NCBI GenBank assembly: GCA_046350735.1
Contig: JAXLZU010000001.1
Span: 204,530 to 268,529 of the forward strand
DNA from: Candidatus Saccharimonadota bacterium
Lineage (GTDB): Bacteria; Patescibacteriota; Saccharimonadia; CAILAD01; BJGX01
Reading direction: 5' to 3'
DNA: 64,000 bases
Shown here: in pieces, positions 1 to 9,372 of the stretch
Layout of the letters: every line of letters begins with the position of its first letter
Position numbering within the stretch: the stretch's first letter is position 1
Made by a program: the position numbers and the translations under genes
The notes under the pieces: generated by a model
What the model was told of the DNA's origin: nothing
What the model saw: the letters and a program-made list of their open reading frames with translations, nothing else
The model's database searches: none

Positions 1-13
1 CAGGAAACTATAA

Positions 14-1054
14 ATGAGTAAAGTTTTTGTTGGGCTTTCGGGTGGGGTAGATAGTGCAGTTGCCGCAGCGCTACTTAAAGAGCAAGGCTATGAAGTAACA
101 GGCGTTTACATGAAGAATTGGAGTCGGGATATCGCTGGGTTTCAATGCCCATGGCAAGAAGACTTGTCAACGGCTCGACTCGTGGCGGCACATTTGCAAA
201 TTCCTTTTAAGATTTATGATTTTGAAAAAGAATATTATGAGAGTGTTACACAGTACCTACTCGATACTTACAAGAAGGGACAAACACCAAATCCAGATGT
301 AATGTGTAATCAATCAATTAAGTTTGATGTATTTTACAAACAATGTCGCAGAGACGGTGCAGAGTTTATTGCTACCGGTCACTATGCAAGTATACAAGAT
401 GGGCAGTTACGTACTGCTGCCGACACAAGTAAAGATCAAACCTATTTTCTCTATCGAATGAATCCGAGAATAGCAAAGCATGTTATTTTTCCTCTTGGCC
501 GTCTAAAAAAGCTAGAGGTAAGAAAGCTAGCAAAGACATTTGCGCTCCCTAATTATAACCGACCAGATAGTCAGGGTTTGTGTTTTGTAGGCCCAGTGCC
601 AATGCGAGATTTTTTGAGTGAATTTATTCGACCCAAAGCCGGCAATATTGTAGATGAAACTGGAGAAAAAATCGGCCAACATAATGGGGCTTATGCATAT
701 ACTATTGGTCAACGTCATGGTCTCGGCATAGGCGGTGGCCAACCATACTTTGTTTATGCAATTGATACAAAGAAAAATATTGTGTACGTTACAAGTAATG
801 CAGAGTCAGATTTGCTAAATAAAACTGAGTTTGTAATACGTGACTGTGTTTGGTGGCAACAGCCAAAGCCTAGAGACAAAGGACTGAAAGTGCGAGTTAG
901 ATATCGAAGTAAGACTATCGCATGTACACTTACAGTACTTAATGACACTACTTGGAAAGTTGTATTAGATAGACCCGAGCGAGCGATAGCAGCCGGACAG
1001 TCGGCAGTTTTTTATAAAGGCAATAGTGTATTTGGTGGCGGTATTATCGGCTAA
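14..1054 (+). CDS. mnmA: tRNA-specific 2-thiouridylase MnmA
   Basis: N-terminal PP-loop SGGVDS followed by the conserved MnmA core; 346 aa. Confidence 0.9.
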   Translation: MSKVFVGLSGGVDSAVAAALLKEQGYEVTGVYMKNWSRDIAGFQCPWQEDLSTARLVAAHLQIPFKIYDFEKEYYESVTQYLLDTYKKGQTPNPDVMCNQSIKFDVFYKQCRRDGAEFIATGHYASIQDGQLRTAADTSKDQTYFLYRMNPRIAKHVIFPLGRLKKLEVRKLAKTFALPNYNRPDSQGLCFVGPVPMRDFLSEFIRPKAGNIVDETGEKIGQHNGAYAYTIGQRHGLGIGGGQPYFVYAIDTKKNIVYVTSNAESDLLNKTEFVIRDCVWWQQPKPRDKGLKVRVRYRSKTIACTLTVLNDTTWKVVLDRPERAIAAGQSAVFYKGNSVFGGGIIG

Positions 1055-1086
1055 AAAGTCTATGCTCTTTTACTAAGCATAACCAT

Positions 1087-1983
1087 TTGGCCTATAATAC
1101 TAGTATGAAGACCAGTGATGTTCATACGCGTAATACTGAAGTGCAAGATAAGCTCGACGAAGCTAAGAGTGCTCAATTAACTGCCGATTTACAGAGGTTG
1201 GCAGGTGCTGTAGATACAGCAGATGACGGGCATAAAGATCCTAACAATGGCCCAAATAGTACCGAAAAAGAAAACAAAACCGAGACAGACCAACAGACCT
1301 TAATTGAAGATTTAAAGAAGTTAATTGAGCAAGAATTTGATCAATTGAGAAATGGTATCGAGCGTTACAAGTGGATGCAAAGAGATATAGAGGCGCATAT
1401 TCGCAATATGTTACATATAGTGCATGCCGAACATTCTAGAGATAGCCAAGTAGAGCGAATGGTAGCCCAGGTGGCAATAGATATTGCAGCCACAACTATT
1501 GGCGAAGACATGCAGGGATCGATTTCTCTGAAGGGCTATAGCGAGCAGTTTTTGGCCGAAGTTGACCAGCTTGGCGAAGTGTATCGTTCAAGAGAAGCTG
1601 AGATAGTTGATGCACTCGAGCAAAGCAAGACTGACGAACTTAGTGGTAAACGTGATGCATTTATTGATGAGTTGGTTCGTAAGCCACTAGAACATACAAA
1701 GAGCGCAATGTATTCGACAGATGCTGAGTTGATAAGACTTTTACAAGAGCAAAAACGTACCATTCGTGAAAACTTAAATGCGTTTCAGCAACTCCAGTAT
1801 TTTCAAACTGACGATGTCTGGCAAAACCCAGCTTATCGCTTGTTACAGGAATATTGCGATAAAGTAATTCAAGTTATTAATACCCAGCTGAATAATTTGT
1901 ATAGTCAAACAGAAAGTGATGAAAAGCAAATTGATGGTTTAGCTAGAGAATCGCTATTGGTAATACAAAAAGTGCAAAGCTAA
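1087..1983 (+). CDS. hypothetical coiled-coil protein
   Basis: 298-aa ORF, charged and coiled-coil rich, no TM segment. It sits upstream of the tandem paralogue array. The real start may be the internal Met at MKTSDVH. Confidence 0.5.
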   Translation: MAYNTSMKTSDVHTRNTEVQDKLDEAKSAQLTADLQRLAGAVDTADDGHKDPNNGPNSTEKENKTETDQQTLIEDLKKLIEQEFDQLRNGIERYKWMQRDIEAHIRNMLHIVHAEHSRDSQVERMVAQVAIDIAATTIGEDMQGSISLKGYSEQFLAEVDQLGEVYRSREAEIVDALEQSKTDELSGKRDAFIDELVRKPLEHTKSAMYSTDAELIRLLQEQKRTIRENLNAFQQLQYFQTDDVWQNPAYRLLQEYCDKVIQVINTQLNNLYSQTESDEKQIDGLARESLLVIQKVQS

Positions 1984-1994
1984 AAACTACAAAG

Positions 1995-2660
1995 ATGAAA
2001 AAAGATACAACACCAGACAATCAAAATACTCAAGGAAAAACAGTTGCTATAGTGCTGCTAGTATTGTGTATTGTAGTTGCTTTAGTTCTGAGTTTTTTAG
2101 CATTTAGCTCGCGAGCGCAAGTATTGACTGAATTAAGCGATACACAAAACCAGCTACAAATATCGAGAGATCTTAATGCTCAATTACAAACTCAAGTAGA
2201 AACAATGCGCAGTGCAAATAATAATGCTCAGTATATACTTATTACTGATATGGGCGTGCGTATACCAAAAACAGCAGATTTACAGGATGTAGTAGTTGGC
2301 GTAGAGACGGTTGCTAACCCTAAGCAACCATTTGCGCATTTTACAAGTGCAGAGATTTTGGCAGCAGTAATGAGTAACCCTGCCGGACCATATAGTAGTA
2401 ATCAGTGTGCGCTGGGTGATAGTCCTCTAGGAGTAATTACACGGTACAGCTCTGGTAGTACTGTATATGGCAAAAAAGTAGAAACTATCTCTGATGCTAA
2501 CGTAAAAAAGATAGGTGATTATTACTTTGTATACTCTAACTCTGCCACTTCGTGCACAAGTAATAAGATAGTATCTGACTACATTACCGCACAGCAGCAA
2601 AAATTTGCAGCCGCCTTTGCAAATCTTGAAGCTATTACATCTTCTGTAAATACTCAATAA
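1995..2660 (+). CDS. membrane-anchored two-Cys surface protein, paralogue 1 of 4
   Basis: N-terminal TM anchor and a coiled-coil. The C-terminal domain has conserved C..LG..PLG..KKV...VKKIG..YY.V...C; this domain is shared with 2703 and 4065. Confidence 0.6.
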   Translation: MKKDTTPDNQNTQGKTVAIVLLVLCIVVALVLSFLAFSSRAQVLTELSDTQNQLQISRDLNAQLQTQVETMRSANNNAQYILITDMGVRIPKTADLQDVVVGVETVANPKQPFAHFTSAEILAAVMSNPAGPYSSNQCALGDSPLGVITRYSSGSTVYGKKVETISDANVKKIGDYYFVYSNSATSCTSNKIVSDYITAQQQKFAAAFANLEAITSSVNTQ

Positions 2661-2702
2661 CGTGGTATAATAAGCACAAGAATTAAATAGGAAACCAGCG
2701 AT

Positions 2703-3389
2703 ATGGAACCCCAACAAGTACACCCACAAGCCTCAGGCCTCGAGCCTACTACACAAATGCCAGAATCTAACCCAATGCCACCTAAGAAAGGTGGTAAGGG
2801 CTGGATGATAGTGGCAATTCTTGCCATTATTATTCTTATAGTAGTAAGTGCATTTGGCTATTACAAATGGCAAGCGTATCGCACCAAGGTTGGTGATTTG
2901 GGTGCTCAAGTAAATGCTTTGCAAGCGCAGGTTGATACACTCACTGCTGCGGCAGCATCCACCACTGTCTTAAAGATAAGTGAATTTGGTGTGCAGATGA
3001 CCAAACCAACTGATGCCAAAGATGCCTATTATTATGTCTCGAAAAATGCCGAAGGCAACCAAGTTGCTTCGTTTACCTCGCCTGGTTTACAAAACTTGGC
3101 GGCCACCAACCCATCTACTCCTGCAGTTAGTAACGCATGTGGTCTCAATAGTGCCCCGCTTGGTACAATTACCCAAGTTAAGGCCGGAAGCCTTATTAAG
3201 GGTGTAAAAGTAGAAGATGTTAAGAGTAGCGATACTCTCATTGTGAAGAAGCAAGATGTTTATTACTACGTGTATACAGCACCAACAACACAATGTTCTA
3301 CAGTAAAGACAGTACAAGATTTGCAAACCAAACAAGCCAAATCGCTTCAAGAAAGCTTTAATACTAGCCTAGCAGTCTTGGCAAAATAA
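2703..3389 (+). CDS. membrane-anchored two-Cys surface protein, paralogue 2
   Basis: TM anchor, AQVNALQAQV coiled-coil, and the same two-Cys C-terminal domain (NACGLNSAPLGTI...YYYVY...QCS). Confidence 0.6.
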   Translation: MEPQQVHPQASGLEPTTQMPESNPMPPKKGGKGWMIVAILAIIILIVVSAFGYYKWQAYRTKVGDLGAQVNALQAQVDTLTAAAASTTVLKISEFGVQMTKPTDAKDAYYYVSKNAEGNQVASFTSPGLQNLAATNPSTPAVSNACGLNSAPLGTITQVKAGSLIKGVKVEDVKSSDTLIVKKQDVYYYVYTAPTTQCSTVKTVQDLQTKQAKSLQESFNTSLAVLAK

Positions 3390-3400
3390 GTAGGTAACAA

Positions 3401-4000
3401 ATGAAAGATCAAAACCAAAACACACATCAACCAGTACATAATCCATCAAGTGATCATATTCAGCTTCCCAAAAGAGATAGAGCAAAAACCATTTGGATAG
3501 TAGTAGCAATTATTGCTATTGCAGCACTTATTGGCCTGGCAGCATTTGGATATGTAAAAGTAAAGAATCTCAACAAACAGATTAGCGACCAACAATCGCA
3601 GATAAATGAATTGAATAATACCAAGAAAACACTAGAAGATGCGGCAGCTGCAGCTGCAAGTGCTGCAGCCGCTGCAGCTACAAAAAGTGCTATAAATACT
3701 GTTACTACAAGCGGAACAACAGACACTGCGCTTATTGAAGCTACAAAAAATCATTACATGAGGAATCCTAATATAAAAACTGTAAATGCTACTGTTCAGG
3801 ACAAATCTGGTGATTTTGCGCATGTAAGTGTAAATTTTGGTGAACCAGGTACAAGCAGAACAGCTATTTTTAAAAAAGTGAATAATACTTGGCAGTATAT
3901 TTATGGTGGCACCCAGGCGCCTTGTTCTGATTATGCAGCACTATATGGTCTACCAAGTGGTTGGTATATGGTAGAAAAATGTACAACTACACCGGACTAG
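3401..4000 (+). CDS. membrane-anchored surface protein, paralogue 3 (mosaic)
   Basis: The N-terminus, TM and coiled-coil are nearly identical to 4065 (NLNK.ISDQQ.QINELNNTKKTLEDAA). The C-terminal domain is different and contains two Cys. Confidence 0.6.
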   Translation: MKDQNQNTHQPVHNPSSDHIQLPKRDRAKTIWIVVAIIAIAALIGLAAFGYVKVKNLNKQISDQQSQINELNNTKKTLEDAAAAAASAAAAAATKSAINTVTTSGTTDTALIEATKNHYMRNPNIKTVNATVQDKSGDFAHVSVNFGEPGTSRTAIFKKVNNTWQYIYGGTQAPCSDYAALYGLPSGWYMVEKCTTTPD

Positions 4001-4064
4001 TTTCTATATCTATCTTTTGTTTTTCAAGAAAACTTAATTATTGTAATAATGAACTGGAGTAAAT

Positions 4065-4751
4065 ATGAAAGAAGAAAAAACAGAATTACAAACCGATGAA
4101 CATAATAGCTCAATGCCAAGCAAAAATAATGGCAAAATGATTTGGATAATTGTGGCGATAGTTGCAATTGTTGCACTACTTGGCTCAATAGCTTATGGCT
4201 ACATAAGCATGAAGAACCTCAACAAAAAGATTAGTGATCAACAAGCACAGATAAATGAGTTGAATAATACCAAGAAAACACTAGAAGATGCGGCAAAATC
4301 AGCTGCTTCAGGAGTTGCAAATGCGGTACTGGAAAATAAAGGTACAAGAAATATACCTGAGTTAGGTGTAAAGTATACTGTATCTAGCGATAATGCGAAT
4401 ACGACGTATGCATTTCAGACAGTAGGTGAAGAGAGTTCCAAAGCAATTGGTCTATCGACTACAGATCTAATGAGTACAAACGCAAATGTTATTGGTTCTA
4501 CTAGTGAAAATAAATGTAATGCATATGCAAGTCCTTTGGGCAGAATTATTATGTATAAACCAGGTGTAATTTTATTCGATAAAAAAGTCGAAGATCAAGT
4601 TGGTCCGAATGTGAAGAAAATTGGGAATAATTACTTCGTAAAACAGCCTGCACAATTTGTCTGTTCTGAGAATCCATCGGTTTTTTCACTTATTAAAACA
4701 TTGAATCCGAAAGTTTTAGATTCTATCTTCAATAGTTTACAGGCACAATGA
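4065..4751 (+). CDS. membrane-anchored two-Cys surface protein, paralogue 4
   Basis: The N-terminal half resembles 3401. The C-terminal domain resembles 1995 and 2703 (KCNAYASPLGRI...VKKIGNNYFV...VCS). Confidence 0.6.
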   Translation: MKEEKTELQTDEHNSSMPSKNNGKMIWIIVAIVAIVALLGSIAYGYISMKNLNKKISDQQAQINELNNTKKTLEDAAKSAASGVANAVLENKGTRNIPELGVKYTVSSDNANTTYAFQTVGEESSKAIGLSTTDLMSTNANVIGSTSENKCNAYASPLGRIIMYKPGVILFDKKVEDQVGPNVKKIGNNYFVKQPAQFVCSENPSVFSLIKTLNPKVLDSIFNSLQAQ

Positions 4752-4790
4752 ATATAAACTTAAAAGCTCGCTCTCTATCTGATTTCTTGC

Positions 4791-4796
4791 TATAAT
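4791..4796 (+). promoter_or_regulatory. extended -10 box TGCTATAAT, 7 nt upstream of the alaS ATG (leaderless or very short leader)
   Basis: Sequence ttgctataattactggcATG. The same motif recurs upstream of many genes in this window. Confidence 0.5.
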
Positions 4797-4803
4797 TACT
4801 GGC

Positions 4804-6627
4804 ATGACTACCAGTGAAATTCGTTCTAAATTCTTAGAATTCTTTAAAGAAAAAGATCATCAAATAATTCCATCAGCTCCAGTGGTGCCAGAACATGACC
4901 CGACCGTACTATTTACTACTGCCGGTATGCATCCGCTTGTGCCGTATCTTTTAGGTACACCACACCCTCAAGGTAGACGTTTGGCCGATGCCCAAAAATG
5001 TATTCGCACAACCGATATCGATGAGGTGGGTGACAATACGCATTTAACATTTTTTGAAATGTTAGGTAACTGGAGCCTGGGCGATTATTTTAAGAAAGAA
5101 TCAATTGCTTGGAGCTGGGAGTTTCTTACCAGCAAACGTTGGCTCGGTATTGATCCTCACAAACTCTATGTAACGGTATATGAGGGCGATGGTGAAGTGC
5201 CAAAAGATGAAGAATCTATTGCGCTATGGATAGAGCAATACAAATCTGCCGGTATAGATACTCAAGAAGGAGACAGGATTCTCGCACTTGGGCGAGAACA
5301 TAACTGGTGGGAGCAAGGCGGAGTGGCTACTGGCCCAGCCGGACCAGATACCGAAATATTTTATTATGTAGGCCAAGAAAAAGACCCTAAATTTAGTGAA
5401 GACAATGATGATTTTGTAGAGATTTGGAACAATGTGTTTATGGCGTATCAACGTCAGGCCGATGGCAGCTATAGTGAGCTAGAAAATAAGAATGTTGATA
5501 CTGGCATGGGCTTAGAACGAACCAGTTTTATCTTGCAGGGACTAAATAATGTGTACGACACAGATATGCTTTCTCAAATAAAATCGGCAGTACATAACTA
5601 TGCTGCCGAGGTTAGAGAGCCGAGTTTTGTGGCTACCCATCCAGACACGGCCGAGCGAGCTGAGAGAATTATTACTGACCATAGTAGAGCAATTACATTT
5701 ATGGCGGCTGACGGTGTTGTGCCAAGTAATAAAGACCAGGGCTATGTTATGCGACGTTTGGCACGCCGAGCTATTCGCGAGGCATTGGTAATAGGTATTC
5801 AGCACGATCTCTTTGCTCGAATTGTTCCACGTGTGGTTGCTCTCTACGAAGATGAGTATCCAGAGTTAGGAATCAATCAAATACAAATTATGGAAGTGCT
5901 CAAACGCGAAGAAAATGCGTTTAGGCAGACACTTACTCGAGGTCTAAAGGAATTCGAAAAACTTCTTACTAATAAAAAAGAACTTGATGGCCATACCGCT
6001 TTTACGCTATATGACACCTATGGTTTTCCAAAAGAACTCAGTCTTGAGGAAGCTAAGCGGATTAATCTTTCTATCTCAAAATTATTTGAGGCCGAGTTCG
6101 ATCAGCAATTAGAGGCCCAACGCAGTAGAAGTCGTAGTGCTACTGCTGGACAATTTAAAGGTGGGCTGGCCGATAATAGCGAAATTGCCACGCGCTACCA
6201 CACCGCAACACATTTAATGTATAAAGCTTTACGCAATGTGTTGGGTGACCATGTAATGCAGAGGGGAAGTAATATTACCGCCGAGCGTATGCGGTTTGAC
6301 TTTAGTCATGGCGAAAAAATGACGCCTGAGCAAATCAAACAAGTAGAAGATATGGTAAATGAGCAGATTGCCAAAGACCTACCAGTAACGTTTACCGAGA
6401 TGAACAAAGACAAGGCATTTGAGGCTGGAGCTCTGGGTGCCTTTGGTGAAAAATATCCAGATACAGTAAAGGTATATACTGTCGGTGATCCAGAAGGAGA
6501 TTATTACTCTAAAGAAATTTGTGGTGGCCCGCACGTAAGTAAAACGTCTGAGATAGGCAAGTTTAAGATAGTAAAAGAAGAGTCGAGCTCGGCCGGCGTA
6601 CGGCGTATAAAAGCAGTTATAGAATAG
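4804..6627 (+). CDS. alaS: alanine--tRNA ligase, short form lacking the C-Ala domain
   Basis: Class II catalytic core, HxxxH editing motif (HTATHLM) and CGGPHV zinc site. The ORF ends after the editing domain at 607 aa. Confidence 0.9.
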   Translation: MTTSEIRSKFLEFFKEKDHQIIPSAPVVPEHDPTVLFTTAGMHPLVPYLLGTPHPQGRRLADAQKCIRTTDIDEVGDNTHLTFFEMLGNWSLGDYFKKESIAWSWEFLTSKRWLGIDPHKLYVTVYEGDGEVPKDEESIALWIEQYKSAGIDTQEGDRILALGREHNWWEQGGVATGPAGPDTEIFYYVGQEKDPKFSEDNDDFVEIWNNVFMAYQRQADGSYSELENKNVDTGMGLERTSFILQGLNNVYDTDMLSQIKSAVHNYAAEVREPSFVATHPDTAERAERIITDHSRAITFMAADGVVPSNKDQGYVMRRLARRAIREALVIGIQHDLFARIVPRVVALYEDEYPELGINQIQIMEVLKREENAFRQTLTRGLKEFEKLLTNKKELDGHTAFTLYDTYGFPKELSLEEAKRINLSISKLFEAEFDQQLEAQRSRSRSATAGQFKGGLADNSEIATRYHTATHLMYKALRNVLGDHVMQRGSNITAERMRFDFSHGEKMTPEQIKQVEDMVNEQIAKDLPVTFTEMNKDKAFEAGALGAFGEKYPDTVKVYTVGDPEGDYYSKEICGGPHVSKTSEIGKFKIVKEESSSAGVRRIKAVIE

Positions 6628-6635
6628 CTAATAAA

Positions 6636-6661
6636 ATGAAGCGAGCCCCTGCGGATGCAGG
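6636..6661. terminator. bidirectional hairpin gagcccctgc-ggat-gcaggggctc between alaS and the convergent high-GC gene
   Basis: Perfect 10-bp stem. A T-rich tract (ttcattttatt) follows when read on the minus strand. Confidence 0.45.
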
Positions 6662-6698
6662 GGCTCTGAGGTGGACGCCACGTCGGCGTTTGGTCGAG

Positions 6699-7217
6699 TC
6701 AGGGGAGAGGGAGACCGTACTGGAGTCCCTCGGTGCTGACGCAGGTGGCAGGGGCCGAATCCTGCCTTTCGAAGGGCACGGCCTCGAAGGAGGCGATGCC
6801 GAACGACTGCCCGTCGTCGCTGACCAGGACAGGGGCGGTGCACCTCTTCTGCTGCACCTCACCCTGGGTCCAGGTGGCGACGAGCTGATCACCCTTGTAG
6901 GTGACGCTCATCGACACGAGCGGCCCGACACCCGGGTCGGTGTCGTTGAAGCGTGCCCGGAGGACCGCTTCGGCCTTGACGCGTGTCATCTCCCTCTCTG
7001 CCTCGCCGTTGTCACCGCGCGAAGCGATGAAGGCGACGAGAGCCACGACGACCACCACGGCGGCGATGACGAGCACCCACGTGTTGCGGGTGTTCTTCTT
7101 CGCCTTGCCGCGCTGCGGCTCGGGCTTCGCCTTGGCGGGTGTAGGGCCGGTCGGCTGGTTGATGGTACTGGTCACTTCTGACCTCTTTCCTCTCGTTCTA
7201 CGATGGAACATTAGCAT
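6699..7217 (-). CDS. high-GC (about 65%) membrane-anchored two-Cys protein, paralogue of the adjacent low-GC gene 7375..7941
   Basis: Basic N-terminus, one TM, and an extracellular domain. It shares AERE...CTAPV...DD...AVPFE...C with its neighbour. Start taken at MLMFHRR (start codon 7215-7217); the six-frame ORF extends to 7280. Confidence 0.55.
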   Translation of the reverse strand: MLMFHRRTRGKRSEVTSTINQPTGPTPAKAKPEPQRGKAKKNTRNTWVLVIAAVVVVVALVAFIASRGDNGEAEREMTRVKAEAVLRARFNDTDPGVGPLVSMSVTYKGDQLVATWTQGEVQQKRCTAPVLVSDDGQSFGIASFEAVPFERQDSAPATCVSTEGLQYGLPLP

Positions 7218-7374
7218 TATACGCCACAAACATAATAAAGTCAATACTTTTTGACAATTTATTTTAGCTAAATAAAGCAATAAAAAGATATTATTATCAG
7301 TACTATATTAACAATTATTAACAAATAAAATACCCACATCTCTTCGATGTGGGAAAATTGTTTATAGACTCTAT

Positions 7375-7941
7375 TTAATTAGCACCCAAACCTGCTAATG
7401 ATACTGTGGCTACACACTTATATCGAGAAGTTGCTAAGTTTTCGAGCGGAACCGCATCAACTCTATCTACCCAGTAGAGATTGTGTTGATCATCGGGTGG
7501 GTTAACCGGAGCGGTGCAATGAGCATTGCCCTGTGAGAAGCTTACTTCCATAGGGCTGCCAAAGGGATATTGTACCGTAACACTATCAATATCAACTTGG
7601 TTATTGCTTGGTAACTTCTGATTGAGAATAGTTGCGTAGGCTTTTAGCTCACGCTCAGCCGTAGTGCGGTCTAGCTCGTGACGATACGTCAACCATATCA
7701 AAGTAACAATGCCCACCAGTAAAAGTGTAATCAGAATAGAAATACCGGCTGTAACAAAGCTAGAGCCTCTCTTTGCAGCCTTCTTGTTACTTGCAGAACT
7801 GGGTGTCTGGCTGGGCAAAACACCAAAATCACGTGCTTCCACGTGCTGGCGTGCCAACTCGCGCTCTTCATCGGTTAATAGTCGCCTACTTGCTTGCAGA
7901 CTATGCTGCTGAATATCAGCAACTGCTTGCTCTGTGCTCAT
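7375..7941 (-). CDS. membrane-anchored two-Cys protein, native low-GC paralogue
   Basis: 188 aa: cytoplasmic N-terminus, TM, and a C-terminal domain with CTAPV...AVPLE...KCVA, homologous to 6699..7217. Confidence 0.6.
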   Translation of the reverse strand: MSTEQAVADIQQHSLQASRRLLTDEERELARQHVEARDFGVLPSQTPSSASNKKAAKRGSSFVTAGISILITLLLVGIVTLIWLTYRHELDRTTAERELKAYATILNQKLPSNNQVDIDSVTVQYPFGSPMEVSFSQGNAHCTAPVNPPDDQHNLYWVDRVDAVPLENLATSRYKCVATVSLAGLGAN

Positions 7942-8016
7942 GTTGTCAACCTTCTGGTAGGTGCAACCTACTCCGCCCGAATATAATAGTAGTAAGTCTA
8001 TGTTATGTCAAGCAGA

Positions 8017-9297
8017 CTATACCGAGAGAGTACGACTGAGTCGCTGTAAGATATTTTCGCCTACCGAGTCGCTACCAACAATATCGAGTGCCAAGTTGGC
8101 GAGCCCCATTGGTGTAATATCTTGTGGACTAGTAAGCTCGCCAGTACTATCAATTACCCTGTTTACTTCTTTGGGTTTTACAAAATCTACCGTCGGCTTG
8201 CGAGTAAAGGGCAGACCTTTATACCAATTTTCGTGCGTTAGGGCTTCTTTAATTTCTGGCAGTGCAGAGCCACCTCCACAGAGCAGAATACGATTTGGTA
8301 GGTGCTCTAAATTATCAAATTCACCAAGAGCCAACTCTACACCACTTATCCAGGTCTGAGCATCATTTTTTAGAGCTTCACTAACTTCTTTTTCTTTCTT
8401 AGCCTCTAGCTTGCCAGCAGAATGATCGAGCTTAAGTTTTTCGGCTGAATCGAATGTTATACCGAGGCTGGTTGCAATACGTTTGGTAAAGCTACGCCCC
8501 CCAATGGCAAACATCTGCGTGCCCTCGACGCCACCATTATTGACAACTGCTATATCGCTTGTACCGCCGCCAATATCAATAAATATAGCCGAAAACTCTG
8601 TACTGTCATCTGCACCAACACTTTTGGCTACAGCAAATGGCTCGGCTGCAATATTAACAAGGTTGAGATCTAAATCGGCTGCAACGGTTTGTAAGGCCCC
8701 CAAGTGCACCATTGGTGCAAAGGCGTTAAAAATTTGGATAGTAACGTCTTTACCCTGAAACCCAACTGGGTTAGTTACTCTATAACCATCAATATGCACA
8801 TCCACGACCGCCGCATTTACTAGCTTTACTTCTAGCTCTTTTTTGCCAGTTTCCCACATCAGCTGCTTGCGCACTTCTTCGTACGCTTGTTTTTGTATGC
8901 GCCCTATTATATCCATCATCTCGGCTTGGTCTATTTTTACATCTGGTCTAGCACGCCGATAACTCACACTAGTCGTACCACCTTTAACAAGCTCACCAGC
9001 AATACCAAGTACAGCGTCTTTGGCAACAATCTCGGCCATTTCTTCGGCTCTACGCAGGGCGGCATCGCAGTTTTCTACTACGCCGGCAATATCTGTTACA
9101 GCGCCACCTGCCATATCTGTTAGACGTTGTCGTTGACGGCCAACACCAATAACCTCTACTACTTGATAGGCTTTACCAGCAGAATCGGTATGTTCTTTTA
9201 CCTGGCCAATGAGTGCCTTGGCATATTCAGTGCCAATATCGAGCGCTACCAAATATTGGCCAGACTTTTTCTTTTTGGTAAATCCTGGCAATTTCAT
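8017..9297 (-). CDS. ftsA: actin-like ATPase, probably cell-division protein FtsA
   Basis: ALDIGTEYAKALIG phosphate-1 motif and DIGGGTSD phosphate-2 motif of the Hsp70/actin fold; 426 aa, FtsA-like length. Confidence 0.55.
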   Translation of the reverse strand: MKLPGFTKKKKSGQYLVALDIGTEYAKALIGQVKEHTDSAGKAYQVVEVIGVGRQRQRLTDMAGGAVTDIAGVVENCDAALRRAEEMAEIVAKDAVLGIAGELVKGGTTSVSYRRARPDVKIDQAEMMDIIGRIQKQAYEEVRKQLMWETGKKELEVKLVNAAVVDVHIDGYRVTNPVGFQGKDVTIQIFNAFAPMVHLGALQTVAADLDLNLVNIAAEPFAVAKSVGADDSTEFSAIFIDIGGGTSDIAVVNNGGVEGTQMFAIGGRSFTKRIATSLGITFDSAEKLKLDHSAGKLEAKKEKEVSEALKNDAQTWISGVELALGEFDNLEHLPNRILLCGGGSALPEIKEALTHENWYKGLPFTRKPTVDFVKPKEVNRVIDSTGELTSPQDITPMGLANLALDIVGSDSVGENILQRLSRTLSV

Positions 9298-9372
9298 AGA
9301 TATATTGTAGCGCTTATGCTGCTAGTTGACCAGTCGGGAAGGTTTTACACTTTGCTGTGTTTTTGATATAGT

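Noticed and set aside
527-948. Minus-strand ORFs inside mnmA (527..742, 754..948); likewise 1536..1763, 2427..2729, 5224..5451, 10550..10880, 11082..11657, 15588..16013, 28092..28322 and others
   Set aside because: They are fully embedded antisense or out of frame within well-supported genes. Composition is low-complexity and no motifs were found, so they are treated as spurious.
6617-7254. Four other long ORFs in the high-GC block (6636..7181 +, 6617..6892 -, 6628..6843 -, 6901..7254 +)
   Set aside because: High GC suppresses stop codons and creates long spurious ORFs in several frames. Only the minus-strand frame at 6699..7217 gives a protein homologous to the neighbouring gene, with a sensible TM and ectodomain architecture.
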